Positions 30,537 to 30,676 of a stretch of DNA of 30,676 nucleotides are shown here, one piece after another. A program made the position numbers and the translations under genes. Below the pieces are notes generated by a model, which did not search any database, was not told where the DNA came from, and saw only the letters and a program-made list of their open reading frames with translations. The stretch comes from a virus: the IMG/VR virus record IMGVR_UViG_3300031673_000330, one strand, 5' to 3'. Numbering within the stretch: the stretch's first letter is position 1; the number at the start of each line of letters is the position of its first letter.

Positions 30537-30676
30537 ATGACATATCTGATTGAACTAAGTTATTGATTTTAAATAATAAGTGTTACATTTGACAAAACAC
30601 CCCTATCCAGAAAGTACACCCCAAGTGAAAAAGAAAAGTAGGTAAAAAAGTAGTGTAGCTCGATATCATATTATAT
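30537..30676. repeat. Right inverted terminal repeat (ITR-R), 140 bp
   Basis: Mirror copy of 1..140, matching at 139/140 positions. The window ends exactly at the repeat. Confidence 0.95.
30566..30595 (-). promoter_or_regulatory. Sigma70-like promoter inside ITR-R, pointing inward
   Basis: Mirror image of the ITR-L promoter on the minus strand, directed toward the leftward operon. Confidence 0.5.

Noticed and set aside
1-30676. Direct terminal repeats, cos ends, an integrase/attP site, a transposase, tRNAs or a CRISPR array.
   Set aside because: The ends are inverted, not direct. No tyrosine or serine recombinase or DDE motif-bearing ORF is present, and no cloverleaf-like or repeat-spacer structures were recognised by eye. 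A tRNA scan was not run.

Overview
The window appears to be one complete linear dsDNA phage genome of 30,676 bp. It starts and ends exactly on a 140-bp inverted terminal repeat: 1..140 is the reverse complement of 30537..30676, with 139/140 positions matching. Genes form two inward-facing arms. The long rightward arm (318..27515) opens with about 4 kb of small early ORFs, several of them homing-endonuclease-like. It continues with a P22-like podovirus morphogenesis module: large terminase, portal with a long C-terminal coiled coil, scaffold, PF11651-type coat, gp4-like adaptor, gp10-like hub, three Q/N/A/G-rich ejection-type proteins, three repeat-rich tail fibres and a glycine-rich protein. 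The short leftward arm (30254..27512) carries an HNH gene, a two-component spanin pair (so the host is Gram-negative), an unannotated 47-aa membrane ORF, a minimal HExxH protein, a DUF5675-like putative cell-wall peptidase and two small ORFs. No tRNA, CRISPR array, integrase, transposase or reverse transcriptase was recognised. The most unusual points are listed here. (1) The ITR-bounded genome has no ORF large enough to be a DNA polymerase, terminal protein, primase/helicase or protelomerase. (2) A cupin-like/SET-domain fusion, strikingly similar to chlorovirus vSET, sits inside the virion module at the position of the P22 needle and ejection genes. (3) Three diverged HNH paralogs plus a GIY-YIG-like gene share a Cys4 zinc ribbon followed by 15-aa helical repeats in 2, 3, 5 and 7 copies. 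(4) The lysis cluster is non-canonical. (5) Sigma70-type extended -10 promoters (TGTTAAAAT) recur in intergenic regions, one similar promoter lies inside each ITR facing inward, and two are placed to give leaderless mRNAs. All homology calls rest on motif recognition by eye, with no database search.
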